In this document: positions 64,000 to 64,000 of the stretch, in pieces
Layout of the letters: the number at the start of each line of letters is the position of its first letter
Position numbering within the stretch: position 1 is the first letter of the stretch
Position numbers and translations under genes: made by a program
Assembly: GCA_003225455.1 (NCBI GenBank)
Contig: QIAB01000046.1
Span: 9,946-73,945, forward strand
From: Acidobacteriota bacterium
GTDB lineage: Bacteria > Acidobacteriota > Terriglobia > Terriglobales > Acidobacteriaceae
Reading direction: 5' to 3'
DNA length: 64,000 nucleotides
The notes under the pieces: model-generated
The model's input: the letters and a program-made list of their open reading frames with translations, nothing else
What the model was told of the DNA's origin: nothing
Database searches by the model: none

Positions 64000-64000
64000 T

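Noticed and set aside
1-64000. rRNA, tRNA, tmRNA, prophage, integrase, IS elements, or known defence systems (RM, CRISPR-Cas, Abi, retron and similar).
   Set aside because: Visual inspection of all intergenic regions longer than 100 nt and of all ORFs longer than 60 aa gave no cloverleaf-like sequences, recombinases, reverse transcriptases or nuclease/ATPase defence signatures. A tRNAscan/Infernal run would be needed for certainty.

Overview
This is a chromosomal segment of about 58-60% GC, with roughly 65 protein genes on both strands and no rRNA, tRNA, CRISPR array, transposase, integrase or prophage that I could recognise. Gene content fits an Acidobacteriota-like soil bacterium: bacillithiol genes, many CarboxypepD_reg and Ig-like secreted proteins, and short GC-rich palindromic repeats in most intergenic gaps. 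That assignment is inference only. Most genes are housekeeping: thrC, nrdR, NAD-IDH, hemH, purA, ndk, sucCD, xseB, ispA-like, a MetH-N/MetF fusion, and crcB behind a fluoride riboswitch. The most coherent unusual unit is the respiratory block at 20012-31044. It encodes a Rieske protein with a 200-aa duplicated N-terminal extension, split cytochrome b, a 1093-aa octahaem cytochrome c, a cupredoxin lipoprotein, CtaA, an ABC-2 transporter and DUF420, with structured repeats in each intercistronic gap. Other notable points: one repeat is inserted in frame in bshB1; sucD lacks its CoA-binding loop; an ABC exporter and at least four other ORFs are frame-disrupted; a permease is split by TGA-ATG; and a Cpx-like module carries perfect GTAAA-N5-GTAAA boxes. 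I found no recognisable defence or mobile system. The region 11273-18771 looks accessory, being a run of secreted hypotheticals. All calls come from reading the sequence and remembered family motifs; no searches were run.
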